A stretch of DNA of 64,000 nucleotides from an uncultured Candidatus Saccharimonadales bacterium (GCA_964609585.1 CAZSRA010000005.1:2502-66501), one strand, 5' to 3'. Shown: positions 1 to 10,314, counted from the stretch's first letter. Notes: generated from the sequence alone by a model not told the origin. Numbers and translations: made by a program.

Positions 1-265
1 TGATGCTTGGGAACGTCTCATTGCCGGGGCTGATCTCGTGCAGGGCTATACTGGTTTTATTTACAACGGGCCAGGGTGGGCAGCGCGGATTAATCGCGGA
101 CTAGCTGCGAAGGTGAGGGCTGGAGGATTTGCTTCGCTGACTGAAGCGGTGCGGGCGGAACGAACAAAACAGGGTTCATAGAATCGGTGGCGCCCAGTAC
201 CACCGAGGCCGCACGAATGCAGCGAAGGTGGCGCTGGGATGCCCAGCCGCTTTTACGCGGCCGGG

Positions 266-727
266 TCAGTGAGGCTGTTCGGGACCGGGGTCGGGCGCCT
301 GAACTGCGCCCAGGTTGCGGTCAACGAACTGGAAGACGATGTTCACGGTGCCGGCCTCGTCCCTCCGCGTGAAGCTCACGAATCCCCGCGCGGGATCGAC
401 CTCGCATGTGCTCCAGAACTTCCCCGAGAAAGGATACGTGAAGACAGGCTCAAAGCTAGATCCAGACCGCTGATAGCCGGTGGCTACGATTTCATATCCG
501 TATCGCCCAGGCTCGAACGTAACCAGATCGGGCCGGCAACCCGTTGGCACACTCTGGCTGATGCGGTCAGACCCTAAGGTTAGAGCCGCCCTTCCTTCTG
601 CCATCCTCTGGAGACGAGCGATCAGCGGCTCGCACACCGCGACCAGATCGGATTCAGCAGCAAGCCGATTGAACGTATACACGATGGGCTGCTCGGCGGA
701 TGACGGCGACGGAGCGGGAGTGTTCAT
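266..727 (-). CDS. Hypothetical protein (GC-rich cassette gene)
   Basis: 153-aa ORF; AGGAGG SD 5 nt upstream of ATG; no family recognised. Confidence 0.7.
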   Translation of the reverse strand: MNTPAPSPSSAEQPIVYTFNRLAAESDLVAVCEPLIARLQRMAEGRAALTLGSDRISQSVPTGCRPDLVTFEPGRYGYEIVATGYQRSGSSFEPVFTYPFSGKFWSTCEVDPARGFVSFTRRDEAGTVNIVFQFVDRNLGAVQAPDPGPEQPH

Positions 728-835
728 GACAGCCTCCTATCAGTGTGTCGAGACGAGTTTCTCGACGCCGGCTATCTTCACATATTAAGCTGTCGGGGTC
801 AATTTTATATTATTCGTGTACCTGGATCGGGGTTT

Positions 836-1333
836 TTAGCGCGCCCGAGAGGGGTGGCTCAGGAGAACTTTGAAGATGTAGAAATGGCTTACATATAGGA
901 GCGGGACAACGACGGTTAGGAGGTACCAAGTAGCACCGAAATCGCCGAGATTTTTCACGAGGATGGGGCCTAGCGCAAACCCAGTTAGCAAGTCTACCGT
1001 GCCTTCGAGGTTAAAGACCCAGCTGAAAAAGTTTTGCACTCGAGCAGAACGAGACCACTGTAGCGAGCCAAACGCGATATAGGCTAGCGCAACTGCAATG
1101 AGGTCGCCAATGGCTGCAGGTCCGGAAAAGCCGGTCGGTAGTTTATGGGCAACAACGCCGGTTACGAGAAAGGCGGTACCGATATAGCGAAAGAAGTGAA
1201 CCGGGATTAGCACCTTTAGGGCCGTTGTTCTTGACTGAGTTTTTAATTTTGGCCATACAAATACTTGTACGATGACGGACCAGGCGACTATTGCCAATGT
1301 GGCGCTTAGTCCGAGTAAGATTGCATTTTCCAT
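836..1333 (-). CDS. Multi-pass membrane protein, downstream partner of MarR regulator
   Basis: 165 aa with about 5 hydrophobic segments; AAGGA SD. Confidence 0.75.
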   Translation of the reverse strand: MENAILLGLSATLAIVAWSVIVQVFVWPKLKTQSRTTALKVLIPVHFFRYIGTAFLVTGVVAHKLPTGFSGPAAIGDLIAVALAYIAFGSLQWSRSARVQNFFSWVFNLEGTVDLLTGFALGPILVKNLGDFGATWYLLTVVVPLLYVSHFYIFKVLLSHPSRAR

Positions 1334-1391
1334 TGCTTATCCTTTTTTTACACTATTTTTAGACATTATTTACTAACAGCCAGGTATGTTT

Positions 1392-1823
1392 TCATTCTTT
1401 CGCGACTGTTATTTCATGTAAGGTTCTAACTATTGATTCGGCACCAACTTTTTTCTGGATATCGCGCCAAAGTGGTAGGGCCTGGATGAGCCGTTGTTTT
1501 CCCGCAGGCGTAATGGATATGATGCGCATCCGGCCGTCTCCTTCGCCCTTTGCGATGTTGACCAGGTCGCCTTTTTGCAAGACGGCGAGATTGCGCGTTA
1601 GCGTTGTACGCTCGAGGCCGAGTAGATCGGCCAGTTGCAGCATTTGCGCCTCTCCGCACTTATTGAGGGCAGCAAGCAAACCAAACTGAGCCGAGCTAAT
1701 CCCGACCGGGACTAGTGCCTTGTCGTATCTGTTCGACAAAACTCGGGCCAGACGCCGAGCCGAAAAGCTGGCGCAGGCGTCGGGTAGATCTTGGAGATCT
1801 TTGGTGATTGTGTCGTTATTCAT
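1392..1823 (-). CDS. MarR-family transcriptional regulator
   Basis: QFGLLAAL...LADLLGLERTTLTRNLAVL...DGRMRIISITPAG winged-helix signature. Confidence 0.92.
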   Translation of the reverse strand: MNNDTITKDLQDLPDACASFSARRLARVLSNRYDKALVPVGISSAQFGLLAALNKCGEAQMLQLADLLGLERTTLTRNLAVLQKGDLVNIAKGEGDGRMRIISITPAGKQRLIQALPLWRDIQKKVGAESIVRTLHEITVAKE

Positions 1824-1887
1824 ACTACATGTATATACACCTATTTAAAAAAGAAGTCAAGAAGACAGCGACCTTAGTTAAGTCGAG

Positions 1888-2436
1888 CTAAGCGCGAAAA
1901 CATTCGGGCACATGATCATTGATCATTCCCACGGCTTGCATAAATGCCAGGCAAGTGGTGGGCCCGACGAACCGGAAGCCGTTTTTCTTTAAGTCTTTGC
2001 TCATTTTTGCGCTAATCTCGGCCGCTTTTGCACCGTCGGCATGGGTTAGCGGTTTGTCAGACACGAAGCTCCAGAAATATTCATCGAGGCTGCCATGCTT
2101 TTCTTTAATGGCAAGAGTAGCCTGAGCGTTTTCTATAACTGCATTGATTTTAAGTCGGTTACGGATAATGCCTGTGTCTTGAAGGAGCATTGCTTGCTTG
2201 TTTTGGTCGTATTGAGCTATTTTTTGTGGGTCAAAATTATCGAATGCTGTGCGGTAACCATCGCGTCTTGTGAGGATAGTAAGCCAGCTTAGCCCAGCCT
2301 GCGCGCCTTCAAGATTGAGCATTTCAAATAAAAGCTCGTCATTATGAACGGGACTCCCCCACTCCGTATCATGATAGGCAACCATAAGCTCATTGCCGCC
2401 CGCCCACGAGCAGCGTGTTTTATTGTCTAATTTCAT
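1888..2436 (-). CDS. tag: DNA-3-methyladenine glycosylase I
   Basis: RCSWA, YHDTEWG, LEGAQAGLSW, IIRNRLKI, NDHVPEC motifs; start set at ATG 2436 (TAACAT 7 nt upstream). Confidence 0.95.
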   Translation of the reverse strand: MKLDNKTRCSWAGGNELMVAYHDTEWGSPVHNDELLFEMLNLEGAQAGLSWLTILTRRDGYRTAFDNFDPQKIAQYDQNKQAMLLQDTGIIRNRLKINAVIENAQATLAIKEKHGSLDEYFWSFVSDKPLTHADGAKAAEISAKMSKDLKKNGFRFVGPTTCLAFMQAVGMINDHVPECFRA

Positions 2437-2593
2437 AACTTTTATGTTATCACTTTGCACTACGCGGCATTGGATGGAGCTGCATCATGCTTGCCTGACT
2501 TTGACGACGTGATTTTTCTAGCACTTATCTGTCGTATATGAAGATCTCGGTTTTTGCATATAATTAAGGGAGGTAATCAAGGGCTCGAATGAG

Positions 2594-5500
2594 ATGGATG
2601 AGCAAGAACCGCACGCTGATAAAGAAGGTGCATTTCATGACTACGCTGCAGACTTCGCTGAAGCTACGAGCGCGGAATTGTCCCAGGATACTAAGACGAG
2701 CTCTTCAGATAGATATAGTCTTTTACCTCCTGAAGTTCGAGCCGCTTACGAAACAGGAGATGCAGATCAGCTAACTAGGGCCATCCAGACGGGTCTTATG
2801 ACCGCCATTAATATTGACAGTGAGACTGGTATTTTTGCGGCCAAGAATAAGGCCTTACTTGAACAACAATTAGTCGCCAGCGGCTTAGTTGCAGAGTTGG
2901 CCGAAGCTTATGCTACTTTAACTGATCCAGGAGTACCCGGCTCGCAACCGGGACGCCGAATACATCAAAGTCAAAGAAGTAGGCGGTTCATCGAATTAGC
3001 TGCAGGGGTACCTTATGACGAGGCTGGTCATCCAAAGGATGGCAAAACTCATGTTCTGGCCACGGATCATAATGATTTACTGGCCACTGATTGGGTTGCA
3101 CTTGCTTCTCTTCAAGAACCCGGCATCGAACAACAGAAATATTTACAGAGGTCTCTTGATGCACTTCGTGTTCGTCGAGCTTCGCGGCCGCAGAATTCCT
3201 ATGGTGTGGAAGAATATGTGGGGATAGCCGAAACGATTACTCCAGGTCTTGTGCCGAATATTCTCACCCTCGCTCGCGAGGCTCGTCAAATAAATGGTTT
3301 TAGTTCAGACCCTTTAGTCGACCAGGCCGATGCCGCAATCCTACAGTTCATACATAATGGACGAGAAGATCTTGCGACAGCGCTTTTAACCCCCTCGGGG
3401 AACGAGCCAGAACGGATCGCTCGCGCGCAGGATACTCTCCAGATGAGCACGGAAGAAAGAGACGCAACCGTACAACGTGCCGTAGCGCTGTATCAGGAAA
3501 AGGTTAAACAGTTTCGTGAAGCTATGACCGATCGCGGAATTCCTGAGGATATATTTGATCTAATAATCGATTCTATTTTATCTCATACAAATGATCCGGA
3601 GACGGCTCTTGAGGTTTCGCCGGATTTCTGGCAAACATTGGATGCCTTGCCTTATGCCGTAGAGGATAGCTTTTACAATACAAAGGGCTCGTTAGGCAGG
3701 GCATCTGAGTGTATTCAAGCCCTCGCGCAAAACGGATTGCTTGCTCAGTCACCTCGGGTTTTACCGGAAATGATGATTTTTGAGGACTCGACTAGCCGAG
3801 AGGCTTATGCAGCTTCGCTTTCTGAAGCCATCAGTGCTGAAGAGTCTGCAGGACGATCCTGGTCCGGTGGCTTTGCAGGTTTTAATGATCCTGCGGCCGC
3901 AAGAGAACTAGCTCTTCGTTTATTTCCACCCGAGGATCTATCCTCAGCCTCCCAAGCAACGATGACGCTTCTCGATGATCATCTCCACAAAGCGTATGGT
4001 CACCTGCCTTATTCCGATGGTCTCGTAGTGCTTAACCCCGAGCATAGCTCTTTTCTTGAGAGGGCAAAGGAGCTGCTCGTTAAGGGTGGACTTAGCGATG
4101 ACGGAGCCCTAGAACATATAGGCAAGCTCGCTATCAACTCTGAAGACGGCCCTGAAAATAGCGCTAAACTCTTGGACGCGCTTTCGATGTTTGAAGGACG
4201 ACAAGACGCAGCTGAAGGTCTTGCTCTTATGCTTGCTGCTAAAAACCCCGCAGAAGCCGCAAAAACGTGGGCCACCTACTCTAGGGAAGTTTCGACTTTA
4301 CCCGAATCTGCGCAAGCCGACCTTAAAAAAGTCTTCAGTGAGAGTCTCGAGCCGATGGAACATGCCCAGGCCTACTTTGGGCTTGTGACTGAGCTAGCAG
4401 CCCATAATGTTGCTCTCGGCCAGGATAATAGCTCAAGCTTCAGAGACCTATTTAAAAATACTCTGAGAGCGCCCGGGGAAAGGCAAAGGCTTATTGAAAA
4501 TTTTGTGGACCGAGATGTTATTTCTCGAGAAACACGCGCACGTTTGTCGCCGTACTTCCATGAGATCGTAGCCGAGGCCAAGGCCAAAACAGATGACGAT
4601 ACAGAGGAGGTAAAGCCCCCAGACCCTAGTACTCCTATCGAAGCTGTCGATCCATTTGAAGCCTACCCGGAAACGAAGGCCATCTTTAGGCGACTTGGCA
4701 TACCGGAACCCGTTGCCAAGGTTATGTACGATACCTGGCGAAGCTACGACAGCCTTGGTAAGGTCGCTCGGGATCAAGAAGACAGAGATTTCAAACCGAA
4801 GAAGCTCAAAGATTTTACTCCCGGTGATATCGAGGCTGTTTTAACCACTCGCATCAATAGAGTGAATCAACAACTTCTCGCAGCAAAAGAATATATTCGC
4901 GCCTATGGAATAGAAGAACTCCTGGAAGTGCACGACACATTTGAGACGGTAAACTTTATCCGCTCTAGACCTGAACGAATGCATGATCAGCTTATGCGCT
5001 GGCAAGATCCTAATGAAATAATAAAGGTTTTATCGGCTTCGGCATACCGGGATCCTAATGGAGCCTTTGATACAGCTGCCAATGATGCCTTTGGGCGGTT
5101 TGGTGAACCTGGTACCTTTTGTTTTGAGGCCAATGGTAAGGTTGGAATTGCTAAAATGGCCGTCAAGGCTGGCAAACGGGAACGAAGCATGGGACGTGAT
5201 CCCGAAATTGATTCACAACTCGAAATTGTCGAGATAAATGCACATGGCTCTCCTTCGACTTTAGCTCTTGGCGTTAAATTTGATACGCATGGCGATCTGC
5301 TGACTCAGGACGGATGGGATGTGGAGGATAATCTTGATCTAGAGGCCTACGCTCAGGCTGCTCAGAATCGAACAAAGGTCAAGGCCTTTGCTAATACTTA
5401 TAAAAAACATCTCGGCAGCGGTTATCGTGTAATCTTAAGCGCCTGCAGCACGGCTGGAGATGTAATCTTGAAAGCTTCAGAACAGGTAGATCCTGGTGAT

Positions 5501-5677
5501 CAGGGGTTAAAGAACATTGCTGAGACGTTGTCTGATGCACATGGTCGTCCGGTTTTTGCTAGTCCTAAAGATATTTACTCATACTCCATCGCCCCAGATG
5601 GAGCCATTGCTTTTGTAACTTCGCGAGATGGCAGAGAGCTAACTCCAGCTCGCATATACGAATCAGAGACGGTTTAA
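2594..5677 (+). CDS. Large acidic helical protein with putative C-terminal caspase-like (clan CD) His-Cys domain
   Basis: 1027-aa ORF; C-terminal EINAHGSP ... VILSACSTAG ... NIAETLS pattern; rest unrecognised. Confidence 0.6.
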   Translation: MDEQEPHADKEGAFHDYAADFAEATSAELSQDTKTSSSDRYSLLPPEVRAAYETGDADQLTRAIQTGLMTAINIDSETGIFAAKNKALLEQQLVASGLVAELAEAYATLTDPGVPGSQPGRRIHQSQRSRRFIELAAGVPYDEAGHPKDGKTHVLATDHNDLLATDWVALASLQEPGIEQQKYLQRSLDALRVRRASRPQNSYGVEEYVGIAETITPGLVPNILTLAREARQINGFSSDPLVDQADAAILQFIHNGREDLATALLTPSGNEPERIARAQDTLQMSTEERDATVQRAVALYQEKVKQFREAMTDRGIPEDIFDLIIDSILSHTNDPETALEVSPDFWQTLDALPYAVEDSFYNTKGSLGRASECIQALAQNGLLAQSPRVLPEMMIFEDSTSREAYAASLSEAISAEESAGRSWSGGFAGFNDPAAARELALRLFPPEDLSSASQATMTLLDDHLHKAYGHLPYSDGLVVLNPEHSSFLERAKELLVKGGLSDDGALEHIGKLAINSEDGPENSAKLLDALSMFEGRQDAAEGLALMLAAKNPAEAAKTWATYSREVSTLPESAQADLKKVFSESLEPMEHAQAYFGLVTELAAHNVALGQDNSSSFRDLFKNTLRAPGERQRLIENFVDRDVISRETRARLSPYFHEIVAEAKAKTDDDTEEVKPPDPSTPIEAVDPFEAYPETKAIFRRLGIPEPVAKVMYDTWRSYDSLGKVARDQEDRDFKPKKLKDFTPGDIEAVLTTRINRVNQQLLAAKEYIRAYGIEELLEVHDTFETVNFIRSRPERMHDQLMRWQDPNEIIKVLSASAYRDPNGAFDTAANDAFGRFGEPGTFCFEANGKVGIAKMAVKAGKRERSMGRDPEIDSQLEIVEINAHGSPSTLALGVKFDTHGDLLTQDGWDVEDNLDLEAYAQAAQNRTKVKAFANTYKKHLGSGYRVILSACSTAGDVILKASEQVDPGDQGLKNIAETLSDAHGRPVFASPKDIYSYSIAPDGAIAFVTSRDGRELTPARIYESETV

Positions 5678-5831
5678 GATTAATGTCGCTCTAGGTTTTG
5701 AGAACTTAGCTGGCACAGAAACCTGCGACGTTGCCAGTCTACCAAGAAGTTGTTGATGAAACCAAAAATACTAGCCTTATATCAGATATAAAATCAGATA
5801 TTTCAGCTAGCATTATTGCCAGATAATTCAT

Positions 5832-5915
5832 TGGTGCGCGAGAGAGGACTCGAACCTCCACGCCTTGCGGCACTTGCCCCTCAGACAAGCGTGTATACCA
5901 TTTCACCACTCGCGC
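5832..5915 (-). tRNA. tRNA-Leu(GAG)
   Basis: Acceptor stem GCGCGAG/CTCGCGC plus ACCA, anticodon arm CTTGT-ctGAGgg-GCAAG, long variable arm, GGTTCGAGT T-loop. Confidence 0.97.
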
Positions 5916-5975
5916 GTGGATTGGTTAACTGGGTTACTTTAGCATATTTCCGAACGCAGGTGAAGTGGGGGATGT

Positions 5976-6287
5976 TCAATCTAAAATATAGGCGGCGGCT
6001 AGGCAAACGACGCCCAGAAAAATGATGAAGGGCCACAGAAACATAACATTGATGGTGTAATAAACGTTGTTGGGCTTGGTCCACCAACTTCTAATCCGCT
6101 TGGCTTTGCGATAATTGTCCCAAATGCGGAGGCGATTGAGCTCAATGAGCGATCCGGCCGTAATGAGGGTGACACCGAGGCCAGTAAGCCCCATGATAGG
6201 GCTGTTTTGGCCGATGAGCGCAAAGATGGAGATGAGGGCGATGAAGAGCCCTGGCGCAAAGCTGGGGGCTGGGGTTTTACCGCGCAT
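5976..6287 (-). CDS. Small 3-TM membrane protein
   Basis: Hydrophobic C-terminal half of ORF 5976..6602; start moved to ATG 6287 to avoid overlap with the neighbouring gene. Confidence 0.6.
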   Translation of the reverse strand: MRGKTPAPSFAPGLFIALISIFALIGQNSPIMGLTGLGVTLITAGSLIELNRLRIWDNYRKAKRIRSWWTKPNNVYYTINVMFLWPFIIFLGVVCLAAAYILD

Positions 6288-6342
6288 TATGAGGTGAGAT
6301 ATAAGCATATGTTTTGGGCTCCTAAGTAATAATTTATGCTTC

Positions 6343-7968
6343 TTATGTATACACGAGGTAATCGTGTTGGCGTCCACGTGCGAATTCGGTCCGTAGATGC
6401 GCGCGAATGTAGTCCTCGGTGGCACCGGTCTTTTTGGTGGGATTGAAAATATTCTGGGGATCAAAGATGTGTTTGGTGGTGGCGAGGAGTTCAAAGAATT
6501 CTTCACCGTAGATTTTTGCAAGCGACGCGGCGCGCAGGAGATTATCGTTGTGGGTAGCCGAAGGGACGCCGCCGAGAGAAATAACGAGGTCGATGTATTC
6601 ATGGCTGAGGGTAAAGAGCTTGTCGACGTCTTTTTTGCGAGCTAGATCGAGGCGAGGCTGAAACCGCAAATTGCCAGTGCCGGCGTGGCCCCAAATGGCG
6701 ACTTCGAGATCGTGTTTGGCGAGGAGTTTGTAGATTTTGTCGAAGAGTTGCGCGAGCTTGTCTACGGGAACGGCGGCATCTTCCACAAATGGCAGCGCTT
6801 TTTTGGGTCCGTGTCCGAGCCAGGCTGCAACCGACGCGCGTCGAATTTTCCAGAGTGCGACTTGCTCTACGGGGTTTGTAGAAATACGCACCGTGCCGTT
6901 ATGGCGCTTTATGATGCGAGCAGCTTTGGTGCTGCGAAGCTTTTGGCTAAATTGAGAAGCGTTGTCAAACTCTACGAGCATGACGAGTCGCGGCACATCC
7001 TCGGGTATGAGATCTTTGAGGTCGGCTGGCCGCAGATTGTGGTGGAATTCGAGTACGTTGTGGTCGACGATTTCAACGGCGCTGGGTTCCAGAGTCAGCA
7101 ACCGCTTCACAGCGGCGGTAGCTTCGGGTACGGAATCGAAATTCCCGACCACAAGCGTTGTACGAGGATTATAGGGGGCGATCGCTAGAGTGATCTCGGT
7201 AATGAGACCGAGGGTGCCTTGGGAGCCGATGAAAACTTGGCTAAGGTCAAAAGAGCCGTTTTTACCGCGAACAGACCAAAGATCGTAGCCGGTAGAATTT
7301 TCTACCCCGGTTACTTGGCTTTTTTTAATGAGGGCTTCGTGGTCAGTGAGGAGGTTATCGAATTTGCGGTAGAGCTCGCCTTCGAGCGTGCTGAGACCTT
7401 TTTTGCGATTGAGTTCGCGGGCACTGATGCGACGAGTTTCAATGAGCGAACCGTCTGCAAGCACCACCTTTAAACTACGAACGGCTCGGCGGATAGTGCC
7501 ATATTTCACCGATTTTTCGCCACCGGAAGCACTCGCGACCACTCCCCCAATGGTGGAATATTCGTCGCCAATGGGAGCCTGCGGAATATGACGAAGGTGC
7601 GTGTAGAGCGCTTGCTGCAGCGTGTGGACGATAATGCCCGGCTGAACGGTGACGGTGTTGCGGTCGAGGCGGATGAGTTTGTTCATGTGGGCCGGGAAAA
7701 CAATCTGCAGGCCTTCGCCGACGGACCCGCCGCTTTGGTCACTCCCCTTCCCGCGGGCGACTATGGGCAGCGGGCGACCGGAAGCGGTACGTTCGTCGGC
7801 AAATTGGACGGTTTTGCAGACGTCGGCGGTGTTTTGAGGGTAGACAACTGCTGTTGGGGCGGCGGTAAAAATGCTTTGGTCCGTGGAGAAATGCTCAAGA
7901 GTGTCGGGGTCGTCGGTAACGCTTCCGAGCAGGCGGCTTTGGAGCTCTCTGAGATAGGCGTGTTTCAT
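6343..7968 (-). CDS. FAD-binding oxidoreductase (D-lactate/glycolate dehydrogenase-like, GlcD family)
   Basis: PTAVVYP, RGKGSDQSG, FIGSQGTLGLITE, WGHAGTGNL, FDPQNIFNP; start ATG 7968. Confidence 0.9.
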   Translation of the reverse strand: MKHAYLRELQSRLLGSVTDDPDTLEHFSTDQSIFTAAPTAVVYPQNTADVCKTVQFADERTASGRPLPIVARGKGSDQSGGSVGEGLQIVFPAHMNKLIRLDRNTVTVQPGIIVHTLQQALYTHLRHIPQAPIGDEYSTIGGVVASASGGEKSVKYGTIRRAVRSLKVVLADGSLIETRRISARELNRKKGLSTLEGELYRKFDNLLTDHEALIKKSQVTGVENSTGYDLWSVRGKNGSFDLSQVFIGSQGTLGLITEITLAIAPYNPRTTLVVGNFDSVPEATAAVKRLLTLEPSAVEIVDHNVLEFHHNLRPADLKDLIPEDVPRLVMLVEFDNASQFSQKLRSTKAARIIKRHNGTVRISTNPVEQVALWKIRRASVAAWLGHGPKKALPFVEDAAVPVDKLAQLFDKIYKLLAKHDLEVAIWGHAGTGNLRFQPRLDLARKKDVDKLFTLSHEYIDLVISLGGVPSATHNDNLLRAASLAKIYGEEFFELLATTKHIFDPQNIFNPTKKTGATEDYIRAHLRTEFARGRQHDYLVYT

Positions 7969-8283
7969 ACCTTTATGATACGGTGGAGCGCGAAAAATTA
8001 CAAAGCGCTTATGGCAAAAAAAAGCGGGTTCTCCGAAATTCCTCGCTGTCGCTTTCACGAAGATTCTGTTCAGCCCCGTTCGATACATTATTTTCAGGCA
8101 TGTGGGCATTGGTGGTATTTCTAAAATTTAAAGCGCTTATGGTAAAATTTTTGATTCTTTTGTCTTAGAAAAATGAATCATTTTTTTATAAATTCATGAT
8201 CGTGTGGTCGGGCAGAAAACAACAAGCTCGATTTCACACGTACCAACCCCTTCTTCTCTTTGATGTGAGGAGGTGTGAAAAGC

Positions 8284-8394
8284 ATGGAGGAGTACGAGAC
8301 GCCCGAAGCGTTCGAGCTCGGCAACCTCCGCGACGAGACCCACGGCAGCAACGGGTTCAACGACGCGGACGACACGCAGTACGACCAGGCGTAG
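8284..8394 (+). CDS. Lasso peptide precursor (A): MEEYETPEAFELGNLRDETH/GSNGFNDADDTQYDQA
   Basis: Translated by hand, below ORF-track cutoff; AGGAGG SD; leader YxxP...G...T(-2), core starts Gly with Asp at 7, 9 and 10; directly upstream of cyclase. Confidence 0.92.
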   Translation: MEEYETPEAFELGNLRDETHGSNGFNDADDTQYDQA

Positions 8395-8437
8395 GCGCCG
8401 GGTCGTACATAAGTTTTGCCCGTAATGGGTGAAGCTG

Positions 8438-8468
8438 CATGCCGGGGGCGTATATCGTCCCCGGCATG
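8438..8468 (+). terminator. Stem-loop between lasso precursor and cyclase
   Basis: CATGCCGGGG...CCCCGGCATG inverted repeat, no U-tract. Confidence 0.6.
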
Positions 8469-8493
8469 TCCCCATCTTCCTAAGGAGTATTGA

Positions 8494-10314
8494 GTGTTCT
8501 GGATCGCAGGGTACCATTCGTCCGATCATGCTCCCGCCAAGCAGCGACCGCGAGCAGGAGTTCTTCGACTGGGGGCCCGGGACTCCTGGTGGAGCTGTGG
8601 CTATCCCGATAGGTCCATCCGACAGGTACAAAACCAAACCTGTACCATGTTCGTGGTCGGCGACTGCCTCGCAACTGACGAAGAGCTGGAAACTTCACTG
8701 TCCAGCGCCGAAAAAGGCGCCTGGATGAACCTGATGATGTGGCCCGGGAATTACACTGTCGTCGTTTCGAGAGCGAGCAACACGACAATCCTTGGTGACC
8801 TGTCTGGAGTCAACCGGGTATACTATGCTCGTCATCAGGATGGTTGGTGGTGGTCGAACACAGCGAAGCCATTGGCAGCCTTGATTGGTGATGAGGTTGA
8901 CTTGACCTTGCTCGCCCTCGACATCAGCGTCTATGGCATCGACCTGTTCAACGGGAGAGCCCCATTCCGGCGAGTAGCCGCCATCCCTCCAGGGTCGGCG
9001 TTGCAGTTTAAGGATGGTGAGCCCTCCGTAATCCAGTGGTATGAACCAACGTACACGACATCTTTCTCGGCAACGGCGGAGGCTCTTCGAAACGCACTTC
9101 TTGACTCAACCAGGCGAAGAAGCCTCCTGGAAGGAGACGTTATATCCGGTGATTTGTCCGGTGGCTTCGATTCCAGCGGCGTACTAGCGGCGATGAGCCA
9201 AGAAAGATCAACCGTCGGCGTTACTCATGTGCACCCCTTGCTCAGCGATGAGGATGCACGATATGCAAGAAGAGTGGCCGAGGCCTGTAGCATTCGACAG
9301 ATCGTGGCTCAAGGAGATCAGTCTACCTTGCATTATGGTGGGTTGGACGACCCTGCGAGACTGCCCGTGACTGATCTTCCAGCCGCGGATGTCTTTTTGG
9401 CGAACTACAACCGGCAAAAGCTTCAGTTTGCTGCTGAAGCTGGAAGCCGCCACCATCTCACCGGTGCAGGAGGTGACTCCATGCTCGATGCATCCAGCAC
9501 TAGGATCGCGGATCAAATCATGATGGGCGACTGGGCGGGAGCGGTGAGGGCAACTTTCTTTATGGCCCACCGAACCGAATGTCCTCCATGGCGCATTGCT
9601 CGAGCCATGTGGATACTTGCTCATACCTCACATGAGCAGTCGCTCCGAGAGGTAGCTCGGTCCCTACCGGTTGTTCAGCCATACCTGGGCAGACACAAGC
9701 CGTGGGAGCACATAGCTTGGCACCTCCCTTCAACCGGCGCGAACTGGCTTACGGCCAACGCCGCTCAAGAAGTAGCCAAGCTTATGCGTGGACTGCTTAG
9801 AGATATGCCAGGTAGTTGGGCGAAGCGGCCAGGAGAGTTCCATGACTGGACGGGACTTCTTCGGACGGGCATAGAGAGAAAGTCGACGGTGGAACAGGCC
9901 CGCTTGCTCGGCATTACCATACACGACCCTTATCTCGATGCCCAGGTGATCCGGTGCTGCATGGCATTGCCGGGCCATATCCGGACATCGGGTGCTGGCT
10001 TTAAGCCGCTGCTATCTGCAGCGCTACCGAGCGTAATCCCGCCATTCTTGGCCGCGCGAACGACCAAGGGATCCTTCACGAGGATGATGTATGCAGGCAT
10101 CAAGCTGAACGAGCCTTGGCTGCATCAGCTCATCTCATCCTCGACGCTCATAGAGAGTGGGGTGATCAGGAAAACCGCAGCAGAAGAAACACTGAGACGC
10201 GCAGTCCATGGGCTAAATGCTCCTTTCAGAACGTTGCACCAATTCGTAGCAACGGAAATATGGCTGCAAGGCTTGGTGCTAGCAGAAAAAGATTGGTGGG
10301 AGACGAATAGATGA
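8494..10314 (+). CDS. Lasso peptide macrolactam cyclase (C protein, asparagine synthetase-like, actinobacterial type)
   Basis: WPGNYTVV, DLSGGFDSS ATP-binding loop, TGAGGDS, PYLDAQV, RTTKGSF; AAGGAG SD before GTG. Confidence 0.93.
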   Translation: MFWIAGYHSSDHAPAKQRPRAGVLRLGARDSWWSCGYPDRSIRQVQNQTCTMFVVGDCLATDEELETSLSSAEKGAWMNLMMWPGNYTVVVSRASNTTILGDLSGVNRVYYARHQDGWWWSNTAKPLAALIGDEVDLTLLALDISVYGIDLFNGRAPFRRVAAIPPGSALQFKDGEPSVIQWYEPTYTTSFSATAEALRNALLDSTRRRSLLEGDVISGDLSGGFDSSGVLAAMSQERSTVGVTHVHPLLSDEDARYARRVAEACSIRQIVAQGDQSTLHYGGLDDPARLPVTDLPAADVFLANYNRQKLQFAAEAGSRHHLTGAGGDSMLDASSTRIADQIMMGDWAGAVRATFFMAHRTECPPWRIARAMWILAHTSHEQSLREVARSLPVVQPYLGRHKPWEHIAWHLPSTGANWLTANAAQEVAKLMRGLLRDMPGSWAKRPGEFHDWTGLLRTGIERKSTVEQARLLGITIHDPYLDAQVIRCCMALPGHIRTSGAGFKPLLSAALPSVIPPFLAARTTKGSFTRMMYAGIKLNEPWLHQLISSSTLIESGVIRKTAAEETLRRAVHGLNAPFRTLHQFVATEIWLQGLVLAEKDWWETNR

